Assembly (NCBI GenBank): GCA_964057225.1
Contig: OZ059897.1
Span: 18,104,001-18,168,000, forward strand
Direction of reading: 5' to 3'
DNA: 64,000 nt
DNA from: Auanema rhodensis
Taxonomy: Eukaryota; Animalia; Nematoda
Shown here piece after piece: positions 25,001-38,835 of this stretch (positions within the stretch are counted from its first letter, which is position 1; the number at the start of each line of letters is the position of its first letter). The notes beneath the pieces are model-generated. The model was given only the letters and a program-made list of their open reading frames with translations. It was not told the origin of the DNA and searched no databases. The position numbers and the translations under genes are program-made.

Positions 25001-28000
25001 CTGATAACACAGATCGACGCAGCTTAAAAATCCGCATCGAATGCACTATACTACATCGAGAAACGCTCAATACAAAAATTAGTTATAATCGTTTGAAAAA
25101 TGATGCATTAGTGTATGTTGAGTTTCCATGTACACTCAACATTGCTTCCAAAAACATTTTGACAAAAATTTTTTCGAAAAATTTCAAAATAATTTAGCAA
25201 AAAGTAGATGTTTTTAGATTCCATTTTTCAAGGCAAAGACGATGGACAATGTTATTCAACGAAAAAATTAATTCTTCAGGGTGAAAATCGAGGATATAAG
25301 TGTGAACTTATATCAGTTGATATCTCGGTGCATTTTTAAGCTAGCGCAAATCTGATAACACAGATCGACGCAGCTTAAAAATCCGCATCGAATGCACTAT
25401 ACTACATTGAGAAACGCTTAATACAAAAATTAGTTATAATCGTTTGAAAAATGATGCATTAGTGTATGTTGAGTTTCCATGTACACTTAACATTGCTTCC
25501 AAAAACATTTTGACAAAAATTTTTTCGAAAAATTTCAAAATAGTTTACCAAAGAGTAGATGTTTTTAGATTCCATTTTTCAAGGCAAAGACGATGGACAA
25601 TGTTATTCAACGAAAAAATTAATTCTTCAGGGTGAAAATCGAGGATATAAGTGTGAACTTATATCAGTTGATATCTCGGTGCATTTTTAAGCTAGCGCAA
25701 ATCTGATAACACAGATCGACGCAGCTTAAAAATCCGCATCGAATGCACTATACTACATCGAGAAACGCTCAATACAAAAATTAGTTATAATCGTTTGAAA
25801 AATGATGCATTAGTGTATGTTGAGTTTCCATGTACACTCAACATTGCTTCCAAAAACATTTTGACAAAAATTTTTTCGAAAAATTTCAAAATAATTTAGC
25901 AAAAAGTAGATGTTTTTAGATTCCATTTTTCAAGGCAAAGACGATGGACAATGTTATTCAACGAAAAAATCATTTCTTCAGGGTGAAAATCGAGGATATA
26001 AGTGTGAACTTATATCAGTTGATATCTGGGTGCATTTTTAAGCTAGCGCAAATCTGATAACACAGATCGACGCAGCTTAAAAATCCGCATCGAATGCACT
26101 ATACTACATTGAGAAACGCTTAATACATAAATTAGTTATGATCGTTTGAAAAATGATGCATTAGTGTATGTTGAGTTTCCATATACACTCAACATTGCTT
26201 CCAAAAACATTTTGACAAAAATTTTTTCGAAAAATTTCGAAATAATTTAGCAAAAAGTAGATGTTTTTAGATTCCATTTTTCAAGGCAAAGACGATGGAC
26301 AATGTTATTCAACGAAAAAATTAATTCTTCAGGGTGAAAATCGAAGATATAAGTGTGAACTTATATCAGTTGATATCTCGGTGCATTTTTAAGCTAGCGT
26401 AAATCTGATAACACAGATCGACGCAGCTTAAAAATCCGCATCGAATGCACTATACTACATTGAGAAACGCTTAATACAAAAATTAGTTATAATCGTTTGA
26501 AAAATGATGCATTAGTGTATGTTGAGTTTCCATGTACACTCAACATTGCTTCCAAAAACATTTTGACAAAAATTTTTTCGAAAAATTTCAAAATAATTTA
26601 GCAAAAAGTAGATGTTTTTAGATTCCATTTTTCAAGGCAAAGACGATGGACAATGTTATTCAACGAAAAAATTAATTCTTCAGGGTGAAAATCGAGGATA
26701 TAAGTGTGAACTTATATCAGTTGATATCTCGGTGCATTTTTAAGCTAGCGCAAATCTGATAACACAGATCGACGCAGCTTAAAAATCCGCATCGAATGCA
26801 CTATACTACATTGAGAAAAGCTTAATACAAAAATTAGTTATAATCGTTTGAAAAATGATGCATTAGTGTATGTTGAGTTTCCATGTACACTTAACATTGC
26901 TTCCAAAAACATTTTGACAAAAATGTTTTCGAAAAATTTCAAAATAATTTAGCAAAAAGTAGATGTTTTTAGATTTCTTTTTTCAAGGCAAAGACGATGG
27001 ACAATGTTATTCAACGAAAAAATCAATTCTTCAGGGTGAAAATCGAGGATATAAGTGTGAACTTATATCAGTTGATATCTGGGTGCATTTTTAAGCTAGC
27101 GCAAATCTGATAACACAGATCGACGCAGCTTAAAAATCCGCATCGAATGCACTATACTACATTGAGAAACGCTTAATACATAAATTAGTTATGATCGTTT
27201 GAAAAATGATGCATTAGTGTATGTTGAGTTTCCATGTACACTCAACATTGCTTCCAAAAACATTTTGACAAAAACTTTTTCGAAAAATTTCAAAATAATT
27301 TAGCAAAAAGTAGATGTTTTTAGATTCCATTTTTCAAGGCAAAGACGATGGACAATGTTATTCAACGAAAAAATTAATTCTTCAGGGTGAAAATCGAGGA
27401 TATAAGTGTGAACTTATATCAGTTGATATCTCGGTGCATTTTTAAGCTAGCGCAAATCTGATAACACAGATCGACGCAGCTTAAAAATCCGCATCGAATG
27501 CACTATACTACATTGAGAAAAGCTTAATACAAAAATTAGTTATAATCGTTTGAAAAATGATGCATTAGTGTATGTTGAGTTTCCATGTACACTTAACATT
27601 GCTTCCAAAAACATTTTGACAAAAATTTTTTCGAAAAATTTCAAAATAGTTTACCAAAAAGTAGATGTTTTTAGATTCCATTTTTCAAGGCAAAGACGAT
27701 GGACAATGTTATTCAACGAAAAAATTAATTCTTCAGGGTGAAAATCGAGGATATAAGTGTGAACTTATATCAGTTGATATCTCGGTGCATTTTTAAGCTA
27801 GCGCAAATCTGATAACACAGATCGACGCAGCTTAAAAATCCGCATCGAATGCACTATACTACATCGAGAAACGCTCAATACAAAAATTAGTTATAATCGT
27901 TTGAAAAATGATGCATTAGTGTATGTTGAGTTTCCATGTACACTCAACATTGCTTCCAAAAACATTTTGACAAAAATTTTTTCGAAAAATTTCAAAATAA

Positions 28001-31000
28001 TTTAGCAAAAAGTAGATGTTTTTAGATTCCATTTTTCAAGGCAAAGACGATGGACAATGTTATTCAACGAAAAAATTAATTCTTCAGGGTGAAAATCGAG
28101 GATATAAGTGTGAACTTATATCAGTTGATATCTCGGTGCATTTTTAAGCTAGCGCAAATCTGATAACACAGATCGACGCAGCTTAAAAATCCGCATCGAA
28201 TGCACTATACTACATTGAGAAACGCTTAATACAAAAATTAGTTATAATCGTTTGAAAAATGATGCATTAGTGTATGTTGAGTTTCCATGTACACTTAACA
28301 TTGCTTCCAAAAACATTTTGACAAAAATTTTTTCGAAAAATTTCAAAATAGTTTACCAAAAAGTAGATGTTTTTAGATTCCATTTTTCAAGGCAAAGACG
28401 ATGGACAATGTTATTCAACGAAAAAATTAATTCTTCAGGGTGAAAATCGAGGATATAAGTGTGAACTTATATCAGTTGATATCTCGGTGCATTTTTAAGC
28501 TAGCGCAAATCTGATAACACAGATCGACGCAGCTTAAAAATCCGCATCGAATGCACTATACTACATCGAGAAACGCTCAATACAAAAATTAGTTATAATC
28601 GTTTGAAAAATGATGCATTAGTGTATGTTGAGTTTCCATGTACACTCAACATTGCTTCCAAAAACATTTTGACAAAAATTTTTTCGAAAAATTTCAAAAT
28701 AATTTAGCAAAAAGTAGATGTTTTTAGATTCCATTTTTCAAGGCAAAGACGATGGACAATGTTATTCAACGAAAAAATCATTTCTTCAGGGTGAAAATCG
28801 AGGATATAAGTGTGAACTTATATCAGTTGATATCTGGGTGCATTTTTAAGCTAGCGCAAATCTGATAACACAGATCGACGCAGCTTAAAAATCCGCATCG
28901 AATGCACTATACTACATTGAGAAACGCTTAATACATAAATTAGTTATGATCGTTTGAAAAATGATGCATTAGTGTATGTTGAGTTTCCATATACACTCAA
29001 CATTGCTTCCAAAAACATTTTGACAAAAATTTTTTCGAAAAATTTCGAAATAATTTAGCAAAAAGTAGATGTTTTTAGATTCCATTTTTCAAGGCAAAGA
29101 CGATGGACAATGTTATTCAACGAAAAAATTAATTCTTCAGGGTGAAAATCGAAGATATAAGTGTGAACTTATATCAGTTGATATCTCGGTGCATTTTTAA
29201 GCTAGCGTAAATCTGATAACACAGATCGACGCAGCTTAAAAATCCGCATCGAATGCACTATACTACATTGAGAAACGCTTAATACAAAAATTAGTTATAA
29301 TCGTTTGAAAAATGATGCATTAGTGTATGTTGAGTTTCCATGTACACTCAACATTGCTTCCAAAAACATTTTGACAAAAATTTTTTCGAAAAATTTCAAA
29401 ATAATTTAGCAAAAAGTAGATGTTTTTAGATTCCATTTTTCAAGGCAAAGACGATGGACAATGTTATTCAACGAAAAAATTAATTCTTCAGGGTGAAAAT
29501 CGAGGATATAAGTGTGAACTTATATCAGTTGATATCTCGGTGCATTTTTAAGCTAGCGCAAATCTGATAACACAGATCGACGCAGCTTAAAAATCCGCAT
29601 CGAATGCACTATACTACATTGAGAAAAGCTTAATACAAAAATTAGTTATAATCGTTTGAAAAATGATGCATTAGTGTATGTTGAGTTTCCATGTACACTT
29701 AACATTGCTTCCAAAAACATTTTGACAAAAATGTTTTCGAAAAATTTCAAAATAATTTAGCAAAAAGTAGATGTTTTTAGATTTCTTTTTTCAAGGCAAA
29801 GACGATGGACAATGTTATTCAACGAAAAAATCAATTCTTCAGGGTGAAAATCGAGGATATAAGTGTGAACTTATATCAGTTGATATCTGGGTGCATTTTT
29901 AAGCTAGCGCAAATCTGATAACACAGATCGACGCAGCTTAAAAATCCGCATCGAATGCACTATACTACATTGAGAAACGCTTAATACATAAATTAGTTAT
30001 GATCGTTTGAAAAATGATGCATTAGTGTATGTTGAGTTTCCATGTACACTCAACATTGCTTCCAAAAACATTTTGACAAAAACTTTTTCGAAAAATTTCA
30101 AAATAATTTAGCAAAAAGTAGATGTTTTTAGATTCCATTTTTCAAGGCAAAGACGATGGACAATGTTATTCAACGAAAAAATTAATTCTTCAGGGTGAAA
30201 ATCGAGGATATAAGTGTGAACTTATATCAGTTGATATCTCGGTGCATTTTTAAGCTAGCGCAAATCTGATAACACAGATCGACGCAGCTTAAAAATCCGC
30301 ATCGAATGCACTATACTACATTGAGAAAAGCTTAATACAAAAATTAGTTATAATCGTTTGAAAAATGATGCATTAGTGTATGTTGAGTTTCCATGTACAC
30401 TTAACATTGCTTCCAAAAACATTTTGACAAAAATTTTTTCGAAAAATTTCAAAATAGTTTACCAAAAAGTAGATGTTTTTAGATTCCATTTTTCAAGGCA
30501 AAGACGATGGACAATGTTATTCAACGAAAAAATTAATTCTTCAGGGTGAAAATCGAGGATATAAGTGTGAACTTATATCAGTTGATATCTCGGTGCATTT
30601 TTAAGCTAGCGCAAATCTGATAACACAGATCGACGCAGCTTAAAAATCCGCATCGAATGCACTATACTACATCGAGAAACGCTCAATACAAAAATTAGTT
30701 ATAATCGTTTGAAAAATGATGCATTAGTGTATGTTGAGTTTCCATGTACACTCAACATTGCTTCCAAAAACATTTTGACAAAAATTTTTTCGAAAAATTT
30801 CAAAATAATTTAGCAAAAAGTAGATGTTTTTAGATTCCATTTTTCAAGGCAAAGACGATGGACAATGTTATTCAACGAAAAAATTAATTCTTCAGGGTGA
30901 AAATCGAGGATATAAGTGTGAACTTATATCAGTTGATATCTCGGTGCATTTTTAAGCTAGCGCAAATCTGATAACACAGATCGACGCAGCTTAAAAATCC

Positions 31001-31464
31001 GCATCGAATGCACTATACTACATTGAGAAACGCTTAATACAAAAATTAGTTATAATCGTTTGAAAAATGATGCATTAGTGTATGTTGAGTTTCCATGTAC
31101 ACTTAACATTGCTTCCAAAAACATTTTGACAAAAATTTTTTCGAAAAATTTCAAAATAGTTTACCAAAAAGTAGATGTTTTTAGATTCCATTTTTCAAGG
31201 CAAAGACGATGGACAATGTTATTCAACGAAAAAATTAATTCTTCAGGGTGAAAATCGAGGATATAAGTGTGAACTTATATCAGTTGATATCTCGGTGCAT
31301 TTTTAAGCTAGCGCAAATCTGATAACACAGATCGACGCAGCTTAAAAATCCGCATCGAATGCACTATACTACATCGAGAAACGCTCAATACAAAAATTAG
31401 TTATAATCGTTTGAAAAATGATGCATTAGTGTATGTTGAGTTTCCATGTACACTCAACATTGCT
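16021..31464. repeat. 8-mer higher-order repeat (2808 bp), five copies: 16021-18828, 18829-21285 (7 of 8), 23392-26199, 26200-29007, 29008-31464 (7 of 8)
   Basis: Each copy has the same ordered haplotypes: [G40,A146,T201]-[A269,T342]-[G24,T75,T77,C123,G180,T280,G292]-[C23,A269,T342]-[G46,C51,C262,C273]-[T342]-[G46,C51,C262,C273]-[C123,T125,G180,T280,G292,A335]. ORF pairs recur at 2808-bp steps (17371/20179; 24742/27550/30358). Confidence 0.93.
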
Positions 31465-33570
31465 TCCAAAAACATTTTGACAAAAATTTTTTCGAAAAAT
31501 TTCAAAATAATTTAGCAAAAAGTAGATGTTTTTAGATTCCATTTTTCAAGGCAAAGACGATGGACAATGTTATTCAACGAAAAAATTAATTCTTCAGGGT
31601 GAAAATCGAAGATATAAGTGTGAACTTATATCAGTTGATATCTCGGTGCATTTTCGAGCTAGCGCAAATCTGATAACACAGATCGACGCAGCTTAAAAAT
31701 CCGCATCGAATGCACTATACTACATTGAGAAACGCTTAATACAAAAATTAGTTATAATCGTTTGAAAAATGATGCATTAGTGTATGTTGAGTTTCCATGT
31801 ACACTTAACATTGCTTCCAAAAACATTTTGACAAAAATTTTTTCGAAAAATTTCAAAATAGTTTACCAAAAAGTAGATGTTTTTAGATTCCATTTTTCAA
31901 GGCAAAGACGATGGACAATGTTATTCAACGAAAAAATTAATTCTTCAGGGTGAAAATCGAGGATATAAGTGTGAACTTATATCAGTTGATATCTCGGTGC
32001 ATTTTTAAGCTAGCGCAAATCTGATAACACAGATCGACGCAGCTTAAAAATCCGCATCGAATGCACTATACTACATCGAGAAACGCTCAATACAAAAATT
32101 AGTTATAATCGTTTGAAAAATGATGCATTAGTGTATGTTGAGTTTCCATGTACACTCAACATTGCTTCCAAAACCATTTTGACAAAAATTTTTTCGAAAA
32201 ATTTCAAAATAATTTAGCAAAAAGTAGATGTTTTTAGATTCCATTTTTCAAGGCACAGACGATGGACAATGTTATTCAACGAAAAAATTAATTCTTCAGG
32301 GTGAAAATCGAAGATATAAGTGTGAACTTATATCAGTTGATATCTCGGTGCATTTTCGAGCTAGCGCAAATCTGATAACACAGATCGACGCAGCTTAAAA
32401 ATCCGCATCGAATGCACTATACTACATTGAGAAACGCTTAATACAAAAATTAGTTATAATCGTTTGAAAAATGATGCATTAGTGTATGTTGAGTTTCCAT
32501 GTACACTCAACATTGCTTCCAAAAACATTTTGACAAAAATTTTTTCGAAAAATTTCAAAATAATTTAGCAAAAAGTAGATGTTTTTAGATTCCATTTTTC
32601 AAGGCAAAAACGATGGACAATGTTATTCAACGAAAAAATTAATTCTTCAGGGTGAAAATCGAGGATATAAGTGTGAACTTATATCAGTTGATATCTCGGT
32701 GCATTTTTAAGCTAGCGCAAATCTGATAACACAGATCGACGCAGCTTAAAAATCCGGATCGAATGCACTATACTACATTGAGAAACGCTTAATACAAAAA
32801 TTAGTTATGATCGTTTGAAAAATGATGCATTAGTGTATGTTGAGTTTCCATGTACACTCAACATTGCTTCCAAAAACATTTTGACAAAAATTTTTTCGAA
32901 AAATTTCAAAATAATTTAGCAAAAAGTAGATGTTTTTAGATTCCATTTTTCAAGGCAAAGACGATGGACAATGTTATTCAACGAAAAAATTAATTCTTCA
33001 GGGTGAAAATTGAGGATATAAGTGTGAACTTATATCAGTTGATATCTCGGTGCATTTTTAAGCTAGCGCAAATCTGATAACACAGATCGACGCAGCTTAA
33101 AAATCCGCATCGAATGCACTATACTACATTGAGAAACATTTGATACAAAAATTAGTTATGATCGTTTGAAAAATGATGCATTAGTGTATGTTGAGTTTCC
33201 ATGTACACTCAACATTGCTTCCAAAAACATTTTGACAAAAATTTTTTCGAAAAATTTCGAAATAATTTAGCAAAAAGTAGATGTTTTTAGATTTCATTTT
33301 TCAAGGCAAAGACGATGGACAATGTTATTCAACGAAAAAATTAATTCTTCAGGGTGAAAATCGAGGATATAAGTGTGAACCTATATCAGTTGATATCTCG
33401 GTGCATTTTTAAGCTAGCGCAAATCTGATAACACAGATCGACGCAGCTTAAAAATCCGCATCGAATGCACTATACTACATTGAGAAACGCTTAATACAAA
33501 AATTAGTTATAATCGTTTGAAAAATGATGCATTAGTGTATGTTGAGTTTCCATGTACACTTAACATTGCT

Positions 33571-36500
33571 TCCAAAAACATTTTGACAAAAATTTTTTCG
33601 AAAAATTTCAAAATAGTTTACCAAAAAGTAGATGTTTTTAGATTCCATTTTTCAAGGCAAAGACGATGGACAATGTTATTCAACGAAAAAATTAATTCTT
33701 CAGGGTGAAAATCGAGGATATAAGTGTAAACTTATATCAGTTGATATCTCGGTGCATTTTTAAGCTAGCGCAAATCTGATAACACAGATCGACGCAGCTT
33801 AAAAATCCGCATCGAATGCACTATACTACATCGAGAAACGCTCAATACAAAAATTAGTTATAATCGTTTGAAAAATGATGCATTAGTGTATGTTGAGTTT
33901 CCATGTACACTCAACATTGCTTCCAAAAACATTTTGACAAAAATTTTTTCGAAAAATTTCAAAATAATTTAGCAAAAAGTAGATGTTTTTAGATTCCATT
34001 TTTCAAGGCAAAGACGATGGACAATGTTATTCAACGAAAAAATTAATTCTTCAGGGTGAAAATCGAGGATATAAGTGTGAACTTATATCAGTTGATATCT
34101 CGGTGCATTTTTAAGCTAGCGCAAATCTGATAACACAGATCGACGCAGCTTAAAAATCCGCATCGAATGCACTATACTACATTGAGAAACGCTTAATACA
34201 AAAATTAGTTATAATCGTTTGAAAAATGATGCATTAGTGTATGTTGAGTTTCCATGTACACTCAACATTGCTTCCAAAAACATTTTGACAAAAATTTTTT
34301 CGAAAAATTTCAAAATAGTTTACCAAAAAGTAGATGTTTTTAGATTCCATTTTTCAAGGCAAAGACGATGGACAATGTTATTCAACGAAAAAATTAATTC
34401 TTCAGGGTGAAAATCGAGGATATAAGTGTGAACTTATATCAGTTGATATCTCGGTGCATTTTTAAGCTAGCGCAAATCTGATAACACAGATCGACGCAGC
34501 TTAAAAATCCGCATCGAATGCACTATACTACATCGAGAAACGCTCAATACAAAAATTAGTTATAATCGTTTGAAAAATGATGCATTAGTGTATGTTGAGT
34601 TTCCATGTACACTCAACATTGCTTCCAAAAACATTTTGACAAAAATTTTTTCGAAAAATTTCAAAATAATTTAGCAAAAAGTAGATGTTTTTAGATTCCA
34701 TTTTTCAAGGCAAAGACGATGGACAATGTTATTCAACGAAAAAATTAATTCTTCAGGGTGAAAATCGAGGATATAAGTGTGAACTTATATCAGTTGATAT
34801 CTCGGTGCATTTTTAAGCTAGCGCAAATCTGATAACACAGATCGACGCAGCTTAAAAATCCGCATCGAATGCACTATACTACATTGAGAAACGCTTAATA
34901 CAAAAATTAGTTATAATCGTTTGAAAAATGATGCATTAGTGTATGTTGAGTTTCCATGTACACTTAACATTGCTTCCAAAAACATTTTGACAAAAATTTT
35001 TTCAAAAAATTTCAAAATAGTTTACCAAAAAGTAGATGTTTTTAGATTCCATTTTTCAAGGCAAAGACGATGGACAATGTTATTCAACGAAAAAATTAAT
35101 TCTTCAGGGTGAAAATCGAGGATATAAGTGTGAACTTATATCAGTTGATATCTCGGTGCATTTTTAAGCTAGCGCAAATCTGATAACACAGATCGACGCA
35201 GCTTAAAAATCCGCATCGAATGCACTATACTACATCGAGAAACGCTCAATACAAAAATTAGTTATAATCGTTTGAAAAATGATGCATTAGTGTATGTTGA
35301 GTTTCCATGTACACTCAACATTGCTTCCAAAAACATTTTGACAAAAATTTTTTCGAAAAATTTCAAAATAATTTAGCAAAAAGTAGATGTTTTTAGATTC
35401 CATTTTTCAAGGCAAAGACGATGGACAATGTTATTCAACGAAAAAATTAATTCTTCAGGGTGAAAATCGAGGATATAAGTGTGAACTTATATCAGTTGAT
35501 ATCTCGGTGCATTTTTAAGCTAGCGCAAATCTGATAACACAGATCGACGCAGCTTAAAAATCCGCATCGAATGCACTATACTACATTGAGAAACGCTTAA
35601 TACAAAAATTAGTTATAATCGTTTGAAAAATGATGCATTAGTGTATGTTGAGTTTCCATGTACACTTAACATTGCTTCCAAAAACATTTTGACAAAAATT
35701 TTTTCGAAAAATTTCAAAATAGTTTACCAAAAAGTAGATGTTTTTAGATTCCATTTTTCAAGGCAAAGACGATGGACAATGTTATTCAACGAAAAAATTA
35801 ATTCTTCAGGGTGAAAATCGAGGATATAAGTGTGAACTTATATCAGTTGATATCTCGGTGCATTTTTAAGCTAGCGCAAATCTGATAACACAGATCGACG
35901 CAGCTTAAAAATCCGCATCGAATGCACTATACTACATTGAGAAACGCTTAATACAAAAATTAGTTATAATCGTTTGAAAAATGATGCATTAGTGTATGTT
36001 GAGTTTCCATGTACACTTAACATTGCTTCCAAAAACATTTTGACAAAAATTTTTTCGAAAAATTTCAAAATAGTTTACCAAAAAGTAGATGTTTTTAGAT
36101 TCCATTTTTCAAGGCAAAGACGATGGACAATGTTATTCAACGAAAAAATTAATTCTTCAGGGTGAAAATCGAGGATATAAGTGTGAACTTATATCAGTTG
36201 ATATCTCGGTGCATTTTTAAGCTAGCGCAAATCTGATAACACAGATCGACGCAGCTTAAAAATCCGCATCGAATGCACTATACTACATTGAGAAACGCTT
36301 AATACAAAAATTAGTTATAATCGTTTGAAAAATGATGCATTAGTGTATGTTGAGTTTCCATGTACACTTAACATTGCTTCCAAAAACATTTTGACAAAAA
36401 TTTTTTCGAAAAATTTCAAAATAGTTTACCAAAAAGTAGATGTTTTTAGATTCCATTTTTCAAGGCAAAGACGATGGACAATGTTATTCAACGAAAAAAT

Positions 36501-38835
36501 TAATTCTTCAGGGTGAAAATCGAGGATATAAGTGTGAACTTATATCAGTTGATATCTCGGTGCATTTTTAAGCTAGCGCAAATCTGATAACACAGATCGA
36601 CGCAGCTTAAAAATCCGCATCGAATGCACTATACTACATTGAGAAAAGCTTAATACAAAAATTAGTTATAATCGTTTGAAAAATGATGCATTAGTGTATG
36701 TTGAGTTTCCATGTACACTTAACATTGCTTCCAAAAACATTTTGACAAAAATTTTTTCGAAAAATTTCAAAATAGTTTACCAAAAAGTAGATGTTTTTAG
36801 ATTCCATTTTTCAAGGCAAAGACGATGGACAATGTTATTCAACGAAAAAATTAATTCTTCAGGGTGAAAATCGAGGATATAAGTGTGAACTTATATCAGT
36901 TGATATCTCGGTGCATTTTTAAGCTAGCGCAAATCTGATAACACAGATCGACGCAGCTTAAAAATCCGCATCGAATGCACTATACTACATCGAGAAACGC
37001 TCAATACAAAAATTAGTTATAATCGTTTGAAAAATGATGCATTAGTGTATGTTGAGTTTCCATGTACACTCAACATTGCTTCCAAAAACATTTTGACAAA
37101 AATTTTTTCGAAAAATTTCAAAATAATTTAGCAAAAAGTAGATGTTTTTAGATTCCATTTTTCAAGGCAAAGACGATGGACAATGTTATTCAACGAAAAA
37201 ATTAATTATTCAGGGTGAAAATCGAGAATATAAGTGTGAACTTATATCAGTTGATATCTCGGTGCATTTTTAAGCTAGCGCAAATCTGATAACACAGATC
37301 GACGCAGCTTAAAAATCCGCATCGAATGCACTATACTACATTGAGAAACGCTTAATACAAAAATTAGTTATAATCGTTTGAAAAATGATGCATTAGTGTA
37401 TGTTGAGTTTCCATGTACACTCAACATTGCTTCCAAAAACATTTTGACAAAAATTTTTTCGAAAAATTTCAAAATAATTTAGCAAAAAGTAGATGTTTTT
37501 AGATTCCATTTTTCAAGGCAAAGACGATGGACAATGTTATTCAACGAAAAAATTAATTCTTCAGGGTGAAAATCGAGGATATAAGTGTGAACTTATATCA
37601 GTTGATATCTCGGTGCATTTTTAAGCTAGCGCAAATCTGATAACACAGATCGACGCAGCTTAAAAATCCGCATCGAATGCACTATACTACATTGAGAAAA
37701 GCTTAATACAAAAATTAGTTATAATCGTTTGAAAAATGATGCATTAGTGTATGTTGAGTTTCCATGTACACTTAACATTGCTTCCAAAAACATTTTGACA
37801 AAAATTTTTTCGAAAAATTTCAAAATAGTTTACCAAAAAGTAGATGTTTTTAGATTCCATTTTTCAAGGCAAAGACGATGGACAATGTTATTCAACGAAA
37901 AAATTAATTCTTCAGGGTGAAAATCGAGGATATAAGTGTGAACTTATATCAGTTGATATCTCGGTGCATTTTTAAGCTAGCGCAAATCTGATAACACAGA
38001 TCGACGCAGCTTAAAAATCCGCATCGAATGCACTATACTACATCGAGAAACGCTCAATACAAAAATTAGTTATAATCGTTTGAAAAATGATGCATTAGTG
38101 TATGTTGAGTTTCCATGTACACTCAACATTGCTTCCAAAAACATTTTGACAAAAATTTTTTCGAAAAATTTCAAAATAATTTAGCAAAAAGTAGATGTTT
38201 TTAGATTCCATTTTTCAAGGCAAAGACGATGGACAATGTTATTCAACGAAAAAATTAATTCTTCAGGGTGAAAATCGAGGATATAAGTGTGAACTTATAT
38301 CAGTTGATATCTCGGTGCATTTTTAAGCTAGCGCAAATCTGATAACACAGATCGACGCAGCTTAAAAATCCGCATCGAATGCACTATACTACATTGAGAA
38401 ACGCTTAATACAAAAATTAGTTATAATCGTTTGAAAAATGATGCATTAGTGTATGTTGAGTTTCCATGTACACTTAACATTGCTTCCAAAAACATTTTGA
38501 CAAAAATTTTTTCGAAAAATTTAAAAATAGTTTACCAAAAAGTAGATGTTTTTAGATTCCATTTTTCAAGGCAAAGACGATGGACAATGTTATTCAACGA
38601 AAAAATTAATTCTTCAGGGTGAAAATCGAGGATATAAGTGTGAACTTATATCAGTTGATATCTCGGTGCATTTTTAAGCTAGCGCAAATCTGATAACACA
38701 GATCGACGCAGCTTAAAAATCCGCATCGAATGCACTACACTACATCGAGAAACGCTCAATACAAAAATTAGTTATAATCGTTTGAAAAATGATGCATTAG
38801 TGTATGTTGAGTTTCCATGTACACTCAACATTGCT
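33571..38835. repeat. Low-diversity tract of mostly 702-bp dimers, with a run of four consecutive G46/C51 monomers (35677-37080)
   Basis: ORF starts 33517, 34219, 34921 and 35623 are 702 apart. Then 35974, 36325 and 36676 follow at 351-bp steps, then 37729 and 38431. Confidence 0.8.
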
